From assembly GCA_026986575.1 (NCBI GenBank), contig JALSOH010000004.1:640001-704000 (forward strand): a stretch of DNA of 64,000 bases, written 5' to 3'. The DNA is from Thermoproteota archaeon. GTDB lineage: Archaea; Korarchaeota; Korarchaeia; Korarchaeales; Korarchaeaceae. Under the pieces are notes generated by a model. It saw only the letters and a program-made list of their open reading frames with translations. It was not told the origin of the DNA and searched no databases. The translations under genes were made by a program, and so were the position numbers. Numbering within the stretch: the stretch's first letter is position 1; every line of letters begins with the position of its first letter. Below are positions 18,893 through 28,380 of the stretch, piece by piece.

Positions 18893-20264
18893 GGCTACCC
18901 CACCACCAGAGCGCTAGCGAGGCGGAGGCGAACTCCCTGACATCATCGTATGTCGGTATGCCCGCCTCCTCCAGCAAGGACCTCTTATCCCTTGTGTAGC
19001 GGCCGCCCGCTGCGAAAACTAGCAGGGGCTTACCGGCAGCATCGAACCGGGAAAGGACCTCTGCAAAATCGTCTTCCAGCGGGGAATCTTGGAAGACAAC
19101 GAATACCCCCAGCAAACCGACCTCCTCTGACTTAGCCAGTACCTCCAAGGCGTTAAGGTAGTCGGAAGTGTTGGCGCTCCCCGTGAGGTCTATCACGAAG
19201 TCGCCCACCAAGACGTAAGGAGGAAGCGAGCCCCTGAGCTCCTCCTTCGTGTCCTCGCTCAGCTGGGCAATGGGAACTCTCCTCATCACCAGTTCGTCTG
19301 CGGCCATGACGCATGGTCCGGCGCCGTTGGTTACCATGACGACCCCACCACCCTTCATCGCCGGCTGCTTGGCCAAGGCCTTTACAGCGGCGTAGAGCTC
19401 ACCGAAGGAGTCGACCAGCAGGGCACCTGCCTGTCTTAAGGCAGATGAGGCCACCTCGTGCTTGGCCACCATTCTACCAGTGTGCGATACTGCAGCCAAA
19501 GAACCTTTCTCCGTTCTGCTAGCCTTGTAAACGACCACTGGCTTACCCGCATTCCTCACTGCTTCCATGAGCTCCCTTCCTCTAGTGAAGCTCTCCACGT
19601 AAACCCCGATGACGTGGGTTTTCGGATCCCCCGCGAAGTATGATATGAGGTCGGCCTCATCCACGTCTGCCCTGTTTCCCAAGCTCACCATCTTGCTAAC
19701 GCCTAGATGATCCTCAGCCGCCCAGTCCAAGAAGGTGGCTCCAAAGGTACCACTCTGGCTAAGGAAAGCCACGACTCCAGGGCCAGGCCTACCCATCCTC
19801 TCATGAGGCTGAAATGAAGTGTCTACCATGCTGTACCCGTCGAACACGCCTATGCAGTTAGGGCCAATTATCCTGATCCCACCCTCCTTGGCCAGCCTCA
19901 CGACCTCCCTCTCCATTCTCTTTCCCTCCGACCCGGCCTCGCCGAAGCCGCCCGATATTATGACTACTGCCTTGACACCCTTCTTCAGGCAGTCCTTCAT
20001 CGCGTCAACGACCGAGGGGGCAGGTAACGTTATGACAGCCAAGTCGACCTCATCCGGAACATCGAGGAGGGAAGGATACGTCTTGAGGCCTAGGATCTCG
20101 CCAGCTCGAGGATTCACAGGGTAGACCTTTCCCAAGTATCCCGTCATCAGGAGGCTCCTCAGAGATTCGTGGCCTATCTTGCCCGGCTTGGAAGAAGCTC
20201 CTATAAGGGCTACAGTCCTAGGCCTGAAGAAGTAGTCCAAGGAGGGGTCCGCTCTTCGCATCAT
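18864..20264 (-). CDS. acdA: Acyl-CoA synthetase (ADP-forming) alpha subunit
   Basis: IGAS..PGKIG, IIGPNCIG, SQSG, phospho-His motif SHTG, NGAG, DLTG. Confidence 0.88.
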   Translation of the reverse strand: MMRRADPSLDYFFRPRTVALIGASSKPGKIGHESLRSLLMTGYLGKVYPVNPRAGEILGLKTYPSLLDVPDEVDLAVITLPAPSVVDAMKDCLKKGVKAVVIISGGFGEAGSEGKRMEREVVRLAKEGGIRIIGPNCIGVFDGYSMVDTSFQPHERMGRPGPGVVAFLSQSGTFGATFLDWAAEDHLGVSKMVSLGNRADVDEADLISYFAGDPKTHVIGVYVESFTRGRELMEAVRNAGKPVVVYKASRTEKGSLAAVSHTGRMVAKHEVASSALRQAGALLVDSFGELYAAVKALAKQPAMKGGGVVMVTNGAGPCVMAADELVMRRVPIAQLSEDTKEELRGSLPPYVLVGDFVIDLTGSANTSDYLNALEVLAKSEEVGLLGVFVVFQDSPLEDDFAEVLSRFDAAGKPLLVFAAGGRYTRDKRSLLEEAGIPTYDDVREFASASLALWWWGSHERQGALGV

Positions 20265-20369
20265 GTGATCGACCCGACTACACGTAAAAACGTAGCATCC
20301 AGCGACTTCACAGGGATCTCACGGGATTAAGGTTAAACCTTTCCTCGTTAATGTTAGAGCGATCTAAGA

Positions 20370-23300
20370 ATGCGGGACCTGTCGAAGCCCCAATCAATAT
20401 TCCTGATCTCCATACTCCTAGTCTCATATCTCGCGATCATTAGCCATTATGCTCCCCTCTCGACCGCTCACGTCAACCTGCCTGTGACAATAGTTGAGGA
20501 CAGCTTCTCTTCAAGCGAGAGAACCTATCAGCGATTTGATTTGACGACGGAAGTGTATGATGCTGGGACTGTCGGGAATTCTCAAGTGGATGTGGATGAA
20601 GCGAACGGCTGGCTGGTGTTCACGGGGTTCAACGAGGAGAATGCTGGTAATCCAAAGAAAGACGAGCCTATTGCCGTATTGAAGGCATATCAGGAACCGG
20701 ATGGCTTTCCCCATTACCTGAGACTCCCCTACAACTACACGATGTCTGTGGACTTTTCACTACCTTCTGGGAGTAAAGGCCACTTCTACGTTCTGCCTAG
20801 ATACGGCTCTGTGGCCAATAAATATGAGGTGGCCGTGGACACGGATTTCAATAACTTGGTCTTTAATGTGGTCCTCTCAGGTGAATGGAGGGAGCTCAAA
20901 ATCTCTCCTCTAGGATTTGATATAGTGGAGGGCAGGTGGTACAGGCTTCAGGTCATGGTGCTGTGGATCACTGACCCATCAACTGGCGATAAAACGAACC
21001 GCATAATAGCTACGGTCACGGACCTCGCTGATCCCGTCAACACGCATAGCGACGAGATCATCGACGCCTCTATCCCCCCATCGGCTCACAACGGGCTTGC
21101 CATCTTGGGCTTCCACCCGACGGAAGACTTCACAGTGCTGGCCGATAACCTCAGAGTAGACGCTCAGATGGAGAAAGTGGGCGAGGAGCCCGATGAGAGC
21201 CTCACCCCGAGCGACTTGGATGTGAGGGAGATATGGGTGCTCCATGACGACAGACTCTTCATCATGGTAAGGACCGCTGGCTCTATAGTAAGGGATCCAT
21301 CCGCGACCAAGTACTGGTCGGTGGAGCTGGACGCCGATAAGGACAGCCTAGCGTCGCTCTCATGGTTCAGAGACTATCTCATCGTCTTCAGCTTGGGACC
21401 TGATGGAACGGAGCAAGCCCACCTCTACGACGGGCTCGGGAATTGGATCTCCCAAGTGCAGATTGTGGGCGGAGGGGAGTCATCAGATGCTTTGATAGTG
21501 GGTATTCCGCTCGGACAACTCCCTCTCCTCTCGGAATCCTTCCTCATCTACTCGTACACTGAGCTAGGGGCTAGTGTGATAGACAGGTTCCCAGAGAGCT
21601 CTGCGATGACCGGAGATTTCCTCACTTATCCCGTTGAGGAGCCACCAGTGGATTGGAAGGCCAATGTGGCCGATGTGTCCGGGGACGCCTCACCCTCCTA
21701 TTTGGACATCACCGATTTCAAGGCAGGACTCACCTCCGATCAGTTGATCTTCAAGATCAAGGTGTCGGGAATCCTGCCTTGGTACGGCGGCTCCCCCGTT
21801 GGCACTTACTGGATCTTCATGGACACGGACGGGGATGCGACCACGGGATATTCAGTGGCGGGCATAGGAGCTGACTACATGGTGGAGTATCACTTGGGGT
21901 ACGCTCCGAAGTTGTATGAGAACACTGGAGCTGGCTGGTCTTGGTCTTTAGTTGGAAGGTGCGAACTCATCCACAATCCTGGAGGGGGTAGTGAGATCTT
22001 TCTATCCGTGCCTCGACACATGATATCCGATCTCCATAGAGAGCTCACTTCGGTGGCCGGATCCGGACAGTCAGGCTCACTCTTGGACTATACGGATGCT
22101 CTGACCATAACTTTAGTGTATAATGCCGAATACTCTGATGCTGAGATTCCGGTTGACACGAGTGGCAAGGAAATAGATGTTGTAGGTGAGGCCACAGGAT
22201 CTCCCGGATCTTATGACTTCGCCGGATGGTATACTAACACAGTGGCCTTTGATCCTGACACGAAGACTGCCGCCGTGGCTTGGGTCAGGAAAGACGCTGA
22301 TAGCTACGGAAATGACATCATATACTTGGAGATAGTGAAGATGGGCTCGAAGAACGCTTCATTAATCGTGAAATACGTGGGAAAGGCCTCTAGCATTGAC
22401 AGCATAGACTCCTTAATCATGGGTGGGGGTAGAATCCTCATAACTTGGACCTACTACACTTCATCCACAAAGACCAATGTGCGTGCCGCCCTTTACGACT
22501 TGGATGGCAATTACATCTGGAGCGGCGATGTAAGAGACACTACCTACTTCGAAGAGTATAGCAGATCCTGTTACGTACCAGGAGAGGGTAAATTCCTCGT
22601 AATCTGGTACTCCAGCGATGGCAGGAAGGTGGAAGGCAGGTGGTTAACTCCGGACGGGAGCATGGGCTCCCCGTTCTACATCACCTCTACTGGAGGCCTA
22701 TCCTATACTCAAGCTGATCTCATGCTCTGCGTGGGTGGCGGTAGCAAGGCCCTAGTGGTCTACCGATACCTCGATGGAGGTGGAGACCTAGGCCTCTCCG
22801 CAAGACTAGTTGACAGCTCGGGAGTGTCCGGCTACATCACACTCTATGACGATAACACAAAGGAGGAGATACCGGGGATAAGCGGGGCCTATCTGGAGTA
22901 TGAAGGGAACGGCTACTTCCTCGTGCCCTTTCTCTCCGGCAGCGAGGTCAGGTACGCCGTGGTCAAGGATGATGGGGCTGTGGTCTCCAACGACAGGAGA
23001 TTAACCGTCAACGGAAGGGAGCCCTATGCGATAAGTATGGAGGACAGGTTCGTGATCTCCTACATATATTTGAATGATGATCCCGAGGGAGACCCGAGAA
23101 TAGCGAACATAAATCCGGAGACGTGGGCCTATCACATAAGGGTGATAGACAGCGATTCAACCCAAATAGCTAGGCATCCGCTGGTGGCCTACGACTCCCT
23201 CAACGATCGGATAGTCTACCTGTGGACTTCCGGTTCCTCCAGCGATTACGAGGTGGCGTATGCGATCATAGATCCTCGGGACAGTCCAGGGAAGTATCCA

Positions 23301-26075
23301 ACCGTGGAAGAGAAGGGGACGCTCCTCTCGATGGGCGGCAATCAGATCGCCGACGGTCTGGCGGTGGTATCCAAGGACGAGTACCTAGCTGTCTATAGGG
23401 ACGACAGCTACGGAGTACAGGAGTTGATGTCGTACGTAAGGTTACCGGAGAAGGAAAATCTTTTAGATGCTTTTCTGATTGAACTGCCTGAGCAAGGCGA
23501 TTACTACAAGAGCATCTTGGAGGGCCTCATAGATGAAGCCTCGTCCAAGATATACGTGGCCGTTGCTTTCATAGATTACGAGGATATCCTGAAGAAGCTG
23601 GTGGAGGCCCATAACAGGGGGGTCGATGTCAAGGTCATAATGGACGACAGCCCGGGTAATTCTGACGCCCTCGATTACCTCCGCACTTACGGGGTCGAGG
23701 CGGTAGACGACTCCTCACTGGGTGATCCCACTCACATAATGCACGATAAGTTCATAGTGATAGATGGAAGGAAGCTGCTTGTATCCACGGTGAACCTCAT
23801 AGAGGACGACTTTTTCAGAAACAACAACACAGCTTTCGTGGTATCGAGCAGAATAGCAGCTTACTACTACGAGAAGGAGTTCCTCCAGATGTGGAATGGA
23901 GGGTCTGGTAAGTTCGGGATAGAGAAGACCGAAAGCAACGACTTCATTTCATCCACCACCTATTCCGGCAGGCAGCTGATGTTTCAGGGGCTCTTCACCC
24001 CACAGGAGTTCGGAGATAGGGGAAGGATACCGAATGTCTTGGCTGGATACGTGAAGAGGGCTTCGAAGCTCAGGTTCGCATCCTACATATTCACCACCAG
24101 CGGATGGGTCTCACCGCTCTACGATTCGATAGTCCACATGATCGACGGCGGTGGAAGCGTCGTAGGTGTGTTTGACGAGCTCCTCAACCTTCACAATAGG
24201 GGTAGGCGCATCTACGACCTGATAGATGGGGGAGTCCCCGTTTACGTCGACACGCACAAGTACAAGATGCATGCGAAGCTCTTCGTCGTTGATGATAGAC
24301 TCGCAGCTCTAGGCAGCTGGAACCCGACAAAATCAGCCACTACAGTGCACGACGAGAACATTCTCGTGATAATGGACGACAGCCCTGACGGGTTCGCCTC
24401 CAGATTGAGCGATTGGGTGGACGAGATGGCGTCAGATCCGGAGCACTTCGCTCTGATAACCCCAACATCCACCTACAGGGTGCCCCACCTCCTTATAACC
24501 GAGGTCATGTTCATGCCCGATTCAACCGGCAGCCCCGATGGCGAGTGGGTGGAGATATACAATCCTACCGGTGAAGATGTGGATCTGACGAACTACCTTA
24601 TAGGCGACTCGGAAACCTTGGTAGGCACAGCCCCCTACGATGATGAGAGCCTCTACAGGTTCCCATCCGGCGCGGTGATACAAGCTGGCAGGAGGATAGT
24701 GGTGGCCTACAAGGCAGCCGAATTCGAGTCCACCTATGGATATAAACCAGATTTCGAGTTGATTGACACCGATTCATCGGTTCCCGACCTGTCCCCGTAT
24801 GATCCAACTAATTACGGTAGCTCATGGAACTTGGACGATACTGGTGATGAGGTGCTACTGATTGAGCTGCAGGAAGGCGGCTTCCTACAAATAATCAGCG
24901 CCGTGTGGTACGGTTCCTCCACCTACTTGGATGGTCCAGTGGATACCTCGACTCTAGTCCCGGGCCAGACGATCCAGAGGTCCCTAGAGGATCGAGATGC
25001 CGCCTATGCCTCCACCGTCTTCGTGATTGCCAACCCAGCCCTGCCCTACGCTAAGCTCTTCTTAACGGTTCAAGACCCATCAGGGGACTCCTTGGCCTGC
25101 CAGGTGCACGTAACTTCCTCATGGGGAATTGATACCTACGCTAGTGACGGAGACTCACTTCAGGTGACTCCCGGGGATCGGCTAGCTCTCTCCGCGCAGG
25201 ATTGCTTTGGGTACTCCTTCCTGAGATGGGAGGGATATGTCAGCGACACCACTCCCCATATCTCATTTGAGATGCCGGATCACGACGTTGAGGAGACCGC
25301 AGTGTACAGCACAAAGAGCTACGAACTTAACATAAGGGTGATCAACGATAAAGGCTCTTCCCTGCCCTGCACCGTAGATATATCGGTAAACGGAGTGCCA
25401 GCCGGCTCGTTCGGTGATGGGGACTCCCTAGCAGTTCAGGAGGGAGCTGAAGTCAAGGTATCTCCGTCGGAATGCAGCGGATACTCATTTGATCACTGGG
25501 AGCTCGATGGAACCGAGCTGGATGAGGTCAGCCCGACATTCACTATGACGGGGGGTATGACCTTGAAGGCGATCTTCACTAGATCCCCCACGAGGAGAAC
25601 TATCGCCCCTAAAGCTTGGTACGCGTTGATATTCCCGGAGAAGTTCAGGTACGTGGCTAAGGGAGCGGACCTAGAGATGAACATGGATATCCTCTCCAAG
25701 ACAGCCGGACCGTCGCTGCCTGGCCAGAAGAGTATGTTGATAATATTGGGAGGCCCCGATGTCGTTCCTTACAACTGGAGGACTATTGGCGCGAGTTTCC
25801 TGAAGGACAGAGGTAGCTTCGTGGGGTTAGAGTTCAGATCAAAGGCCTACATCGCCGCATTCGGTGAAGTAGATTACGCCATCATCTACGTGGATCGGGA
25901 CAACATGGTGATAAGGATTGCTGGGATTACCAGGTACGGTACTAGGGCAGGTCTGATGTACTTAATGGAGCACCCTGACCTCCTGAGTGCTTCCGGTATC
26001 TATCTGATAAGATGGGAGGACCTCGACGGGGATAGTGACGTGAGCTTGAGCGAGATAAACCTCCTCTCTCCCTAA
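20370..26075 (+). CDS. Large secreted/cell-surface multidomain protein with two phospholipase D (HKD) motifs, a lamin-tail domain, InlB-B-like repeats and an S-layer-type C-terminal domain
   Basis: Signal peptide; MHDKFIVID and MHAKLFVVD..GSWN; ITEVMF...EWVEIYNPT..VDL (LTD); GYSFLRWEG and GYSFDHW repeats; tail LIILGGP...IAGITRYGTRAG. Confidence 0.8.
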   Translation: MRDLSKPQSIFLISILLVSYLAIISHYAPLSTAHVNLPVTIVEDSFSSSERTYQRFDLTTEVYDAGTVGNSQVDVDEANGWLVFTGFNEENAGNPKKDEPIAVLKAYQEPDGFPHYLRLPYNYTMSVDFSLPSGSKGHFYVLPRYGSVANKYEVAVDTDFNNLVFNVVLSGEWRELKISPLGFDIVEGRWYRLQVMVLWITDPSTGDKTNRIIATVTDLADPVNTHSDEIIDASIPPSAHNGLAILGFHPTEDFTVLADNLRVDAQMEKVGEEPDESLTPSDLDVREIWVLHDDRLFIMVRTAGSIVRDPSATKYWSVELDADKDSLASLSWFRDYLIVFSLGPDGTEQAHLYDGLGNWISQVQIVGGGESSDALIVGIPLGQLPLLSESFLIYSYTELGASVIDRFPESSAMTGDFLTYPVEEPPVDWKANVADVSGDASPSYLDITDFKAGLTSDQLIFKIKVSGILPWYGGSPVGTYWIFMDTDGDATTGYSVAGIGADYMVEYHLGYAPKLYENTGAGWSWSLVGRCELIHNPGGGSEIFLSVPRHMISDLHRELTSVAGSGQSGSLLDYTDALTITLVYNAEYSDAEIPVDTSGKEIDVVGEATGSPGSYDFAGWYTNTVAFDPDTKTAAVAWVRKDADSYGNDIIYLEIVKMGSKNASLIVKYVGKASSIDSIDSLIMGGGRILITWTYYTSSTKTNVRAALYDLDGNYIWSGDVRDTTYFEEYSRSCYVPGEGKFLVIWYSSDGRKVEGRWLTPDGSMGSPFYITSTGGLSYTQADLMLCVGGGSKALVVYRYLDGGGDLGLSARLVDSSGVSGYITLYDDNTKEEIPGISGAYLEYEGNGYFLVPFLSGSEVRYAVVKDDGAVVSNDRRLTVNGREPYAISMEDRFVISYIYLNDDPEGDPRIANINPETWAYHIRVIDSDSTQIARHPLVAYDSLNDRIVYLWTSGSSSDYEVAYAIIDPRDSPGKYPTVEEKGTLLSMGGNQIADGLAVVSKDEYLAVYRDDSYGVQELMSYVRLPEKENLLDAFLIELPEQGDYYKSILEGLIDEASSKIYVAVAFIDYEDILKKLVEAHNRGVDVKVIMDDSPGNSDALDYLRTYGVEAVDDSSLGDPTHIMHDKFIVIDGRKLLVSTVNLIEDDFFRNNNTAFVVSSRIAAYYYEKEFLQMWNGGSGKFGIEKTESNDFISSTTYSGRQLMFQGLFTPQEFGDRGRIPNVLAGYVKRASKLRFASYIFTTSGWVSPLYDSIVHMIDGGGSVVGVFDELLNLHNRGRRIYDLIDGGVPVYVDTHKYKMHAKLFVVDDRLAALGSWNPTKSATTVHDENILVIMDDSPDGFASRLSDWVDEMASDPEHFALITPTSTYRVPHLLITEVMFMPDSTGSPDGEWVEIYNPTGEDVDLTNYLIGDSETLVGTAPYDDESLYRFPSGAVIQAGRRIVVAYKAAEFESTYGYKPDFELIDTDSSVPDLSPYDPTNYGSSWNLDDTGDEVLLIELQEGGFLQIISAVWYGSSTYLDGPVDTSTLVPGQTIQRSLEDRDAAYASTVFVIANPALPYAKLFLTVQDPSGDSLACQVHVTSSWGIDTYASDGDSLQVTPGDRLALSAQDCFGYSFLRWEGYVSDTTPHISFEMPDHDVEETAVYSTKSYELNIRVINDKGSSLPCTVDISVNGVPAGSFGDGDSLAVQEGAEVKVSPSECSGYSFDHWELDGTELDEVSPTFTMTGGMTLKAIFTRSPTRRTIAPKAWYALIFPEKFRYVAKGADLEMNMDILSKTAGPSLPGQKSMLIILGGPDVVPYNWRTIGASFLKDRGSFVGLEFRSKAYIAAFGEVDYAIIYVDRDNMVIRIAGITRYGTRAGLMYLMEHPDLLSASGIYLIRWEDLDGDSDVSLSEINLLSP

Positions 26076-26336
26076 TCTCTTCACTTAGTACAGCAAAGCT
26101 GACTCCTGTTATAAGATCTTAGTGATGTAGGATATAGTGGTCCTAATCTGGGTACACGGAGTGAGGTAAAGGCTGATAATAGCGGCAATAGCAAGCCGAG
26201 GGTCATTCCGGCAGCACAATCAGAAACGGCACTAACGAGGCTATCGATCAGGATAGAACTTCTCAGGGCGTTACTCTCCATACTCTCACTGTTGTTGATC
26301 CCCATGGCAAGAAGAAAGATTTCGAGGAGGGATAGG

Positions 26337-26759
26337 TCAGTACTCCACTATCCTCTTCAATTTCTTAGCGGCTTGCACCCATGAAACTACCTGCTTCTTG
26401 GTTGGAAGCCTTCTGACGAGCCTTTTCTTCTCATTAACCTTCACTAGCTCCTCATACAGGTTCTCCGGGTTCCTCCTAGCTAATTCGACCACTGTATCGA
26501 CGCCAGCCTGCTCGAGGAGGTCAGAGTACTCCTCGCCCACTCCCGGAATCCTAAATAGATCCGCCCTGTTGACCCACTCGAGGACCTTCTTCTCGGATAC
26601 GCCCAATGCCTTGGCGAGTCTCCTCCTGTCAGACCTCTTGGCCCCCGCCTTGAGTAAGTCATCAACGGACTTCACTCCTATTTCCTTTAGTTTTTTGGCG
26701 TACACGTTGCCTATGCCCTCTATCGCCTCTATAGGGTAGTTCAATCGTCTTCTGGGCAT
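26337..26759 (-). CDS. DUF4332 domain protein (helix-hairpin-helix-like)
   Basis: IEGIG..YA.KL, WVNRADLFRIPGVG.EYSDLLE.AGVDTV.ELA.RN. Confidence 0.88.
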   Translation of the reverse strand: MPRRRLNYPIEAIEGIGNVYAKKLKEIGVKSVDDLLKAGAKRSDRRRLAKALGVSEKKVLEWVNRADLFRIPGVGEEYSDLLEQAGVDTVVELARRNPENLYEELVKVNEKKRLVRRLPTKKQVVSWVQAAKKLKRIVEY

Positions 26760-27027
26760 GAGAACACCTAAAGGATGAAGACAGGTATACTAATAAAGTT
26801 TCCACACGGAAATTCCTGCTGCTCTTAGAAGATTTTTCCTCAGACGCCGAAGCCACTAAAGTGGTTGGCATGCGCAACCGTCGTGGTTCGGCACGGATCG
26901 TTGCCCAGGCACCAGTTACCCCCGAGTACCCAAGGGTTTGGATTCCATCCCTGCTGACACCTTTTAGGCGCTGGTAAAACTTTGGAATTAGGCTCGATTC
27001 TCAGATCCGCTGAAACCTTTATCCTAA

Positions 27028-28380
27028 TTGATGCCTCCTAGTGGCCGGGAGGGTATATTGAGAATCACCTATGACAGGGGAACCTTACTGATAGAGGGAG
27101 TCAGCAAGCTCCCGCATTGCAGATATGATCCTAGGGTCGGTAAATTAAGGACTCTCGCCTACAGATACAGGGAACTAAAGGAGCTCCTAACTCATGCAAC
27201 CGATCAAGTTCTCGATCCCCTTCCTCCCCCGGATTTGACCGAGAAGGTGACTCTAAGACCCTATCAGGAGGATGCCCTTAACTCTTGGTTGCGGAAGAGG
27301 AGGGGGATAATAGTCCTCCCTACGGGAGCAGGCAAGACGTACATAGCGCTTAAGGCGATGGAAATACTGAGAGAGCCGACTCTAATCATCGTTCCTACCC
27401 TTCCGCTGCTCGAACAGTGGAAAGATTTGATTGAATCGATCTACGGTATAAAGGTCGGTGCGGTAGGCGGGGGAAGCCAAGATCTGAGGTCTGTTACTGT
27501 GATAACGTACGACTCAGCATACATCAGGGCCTCTGAGCTGGGAAACAAGTTCACCTTCTTAGTATTCGATGAAGTGCATCACTTGGCAGCTGAAGCCTAC
27601 ATAGAGATCGCAGAGTATTCTGCGGCGCCCTTCAGGATGGGGCTGACTGCCACGCTTGAGAGGGAGGATGGGAGGCACGTACTTCTCTTCCCCTTAGTGG
27701 GCGGTGTGGTTTATCAGATCTCCCCCAAAGAGTTGGCTGGCGATCACCTAGCCGAGTTCGACACGATCAGAATAAAGGTGGATCTGACGGATGAGGAGAG
27801 GGATAGATACGAGACATTGATTATGGAATACAAGAAGGCACTCAGGCAGGCCGGGATAACCATGAGGTCGCTCGAGGATTTCAGGAAACTTGTTATGAGG
27901 AGTACATCGAACAAAGCAGCTAGAAGGGCCTTACTTGCATGGAATGAGGCTAGAAAAATAGCTATAAACTCAAAGAGTAAGCTAAATGTCCTTGAGAGTC
28001 TATTAGAGAGTCACAGGGACGACAAGGTGATTATTTTTACAGAATACAACGAGATGGCCGAGGAAATAAGTAGGAGGTACCTGATACCTCTGATAACCCA
28101 CAGGACGAGTCAGAGGGAGAGGAATCGCATCTTGGACTCCTTTAGAGTGGGCTCGGTCACGAAGATAGTGACTTCGAAGATCCTAGACGAGGGTATAGAT
28201 GTGCCCGACGCCAGAGTGGGTATAGTGCTCGGAGGCACTGGCAGCAGGAGAGAGTTCATACAGAGGCTGGGCAGGATCCTCAGGAAGAGGGAGGGAAAGA
28301 GAGCCGTTCTCTACGAGGTGATATCAAAAGGAACTTCTGAGGTCAGGATATCTAGCAGGAGGAGGAAGGGATTAAGCTGA
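27028..28380 (+). CDS. xpb: XPB/Rad25-like SF2 DNA helicase
   Basis: LRPYQ, LPTGAGKT, DEVHH, GLTAT, RED loop (ERED), QRLGRILR; coupled to a DUF790 gene. Confidence 0.9.
   Translation: MMPPSGREGILRITYDRGTLLIEGVSKLPHCRYDPRVGKLRTLAYRYRELKELLTHATDQVLDPLPPPDLTEKVTLRPYQEDALNSWLRKRRGIIVLPTGAGKTYIALKAMEILREPTLIIVPTLPLLEQWKDLIESIYGIKVGAVGGGSQDLRSVTVITYDSAYIRASELGNKFTFLVFDEVHHLAAEAYIEIAEYSAAPFRMGLTATLEREDGRHVLLFPLVGGVVYQISPKELAGDHLAEFDTIRIKVDLTDEERDRYETLIMEYKKALRQAGITMRSLEDFRKLVMRSTSNKAARRALLAWNEARKIAINSKSKLNVLESLLESHRDDKVIIFTEYNEMAEEISRRYLIPLITHRTSQRERNRILDSFRVGSVTKIVTSKILDEGIDVPDARVGIVLGGTGSRREFIQRLGRILRKREGKRAVLYEVISKGTSEVRISSRRRKGLS

Noticed and set aside
26081-26336. Short minus-strand ORF and a plus-strand frame resembling a membrane anchor (LLRALLSILSLLLIPMARRK)
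   Set aside because: No credible start or SD, and it is not joined in an open frame to the upstream large gene; could be chance or a relic
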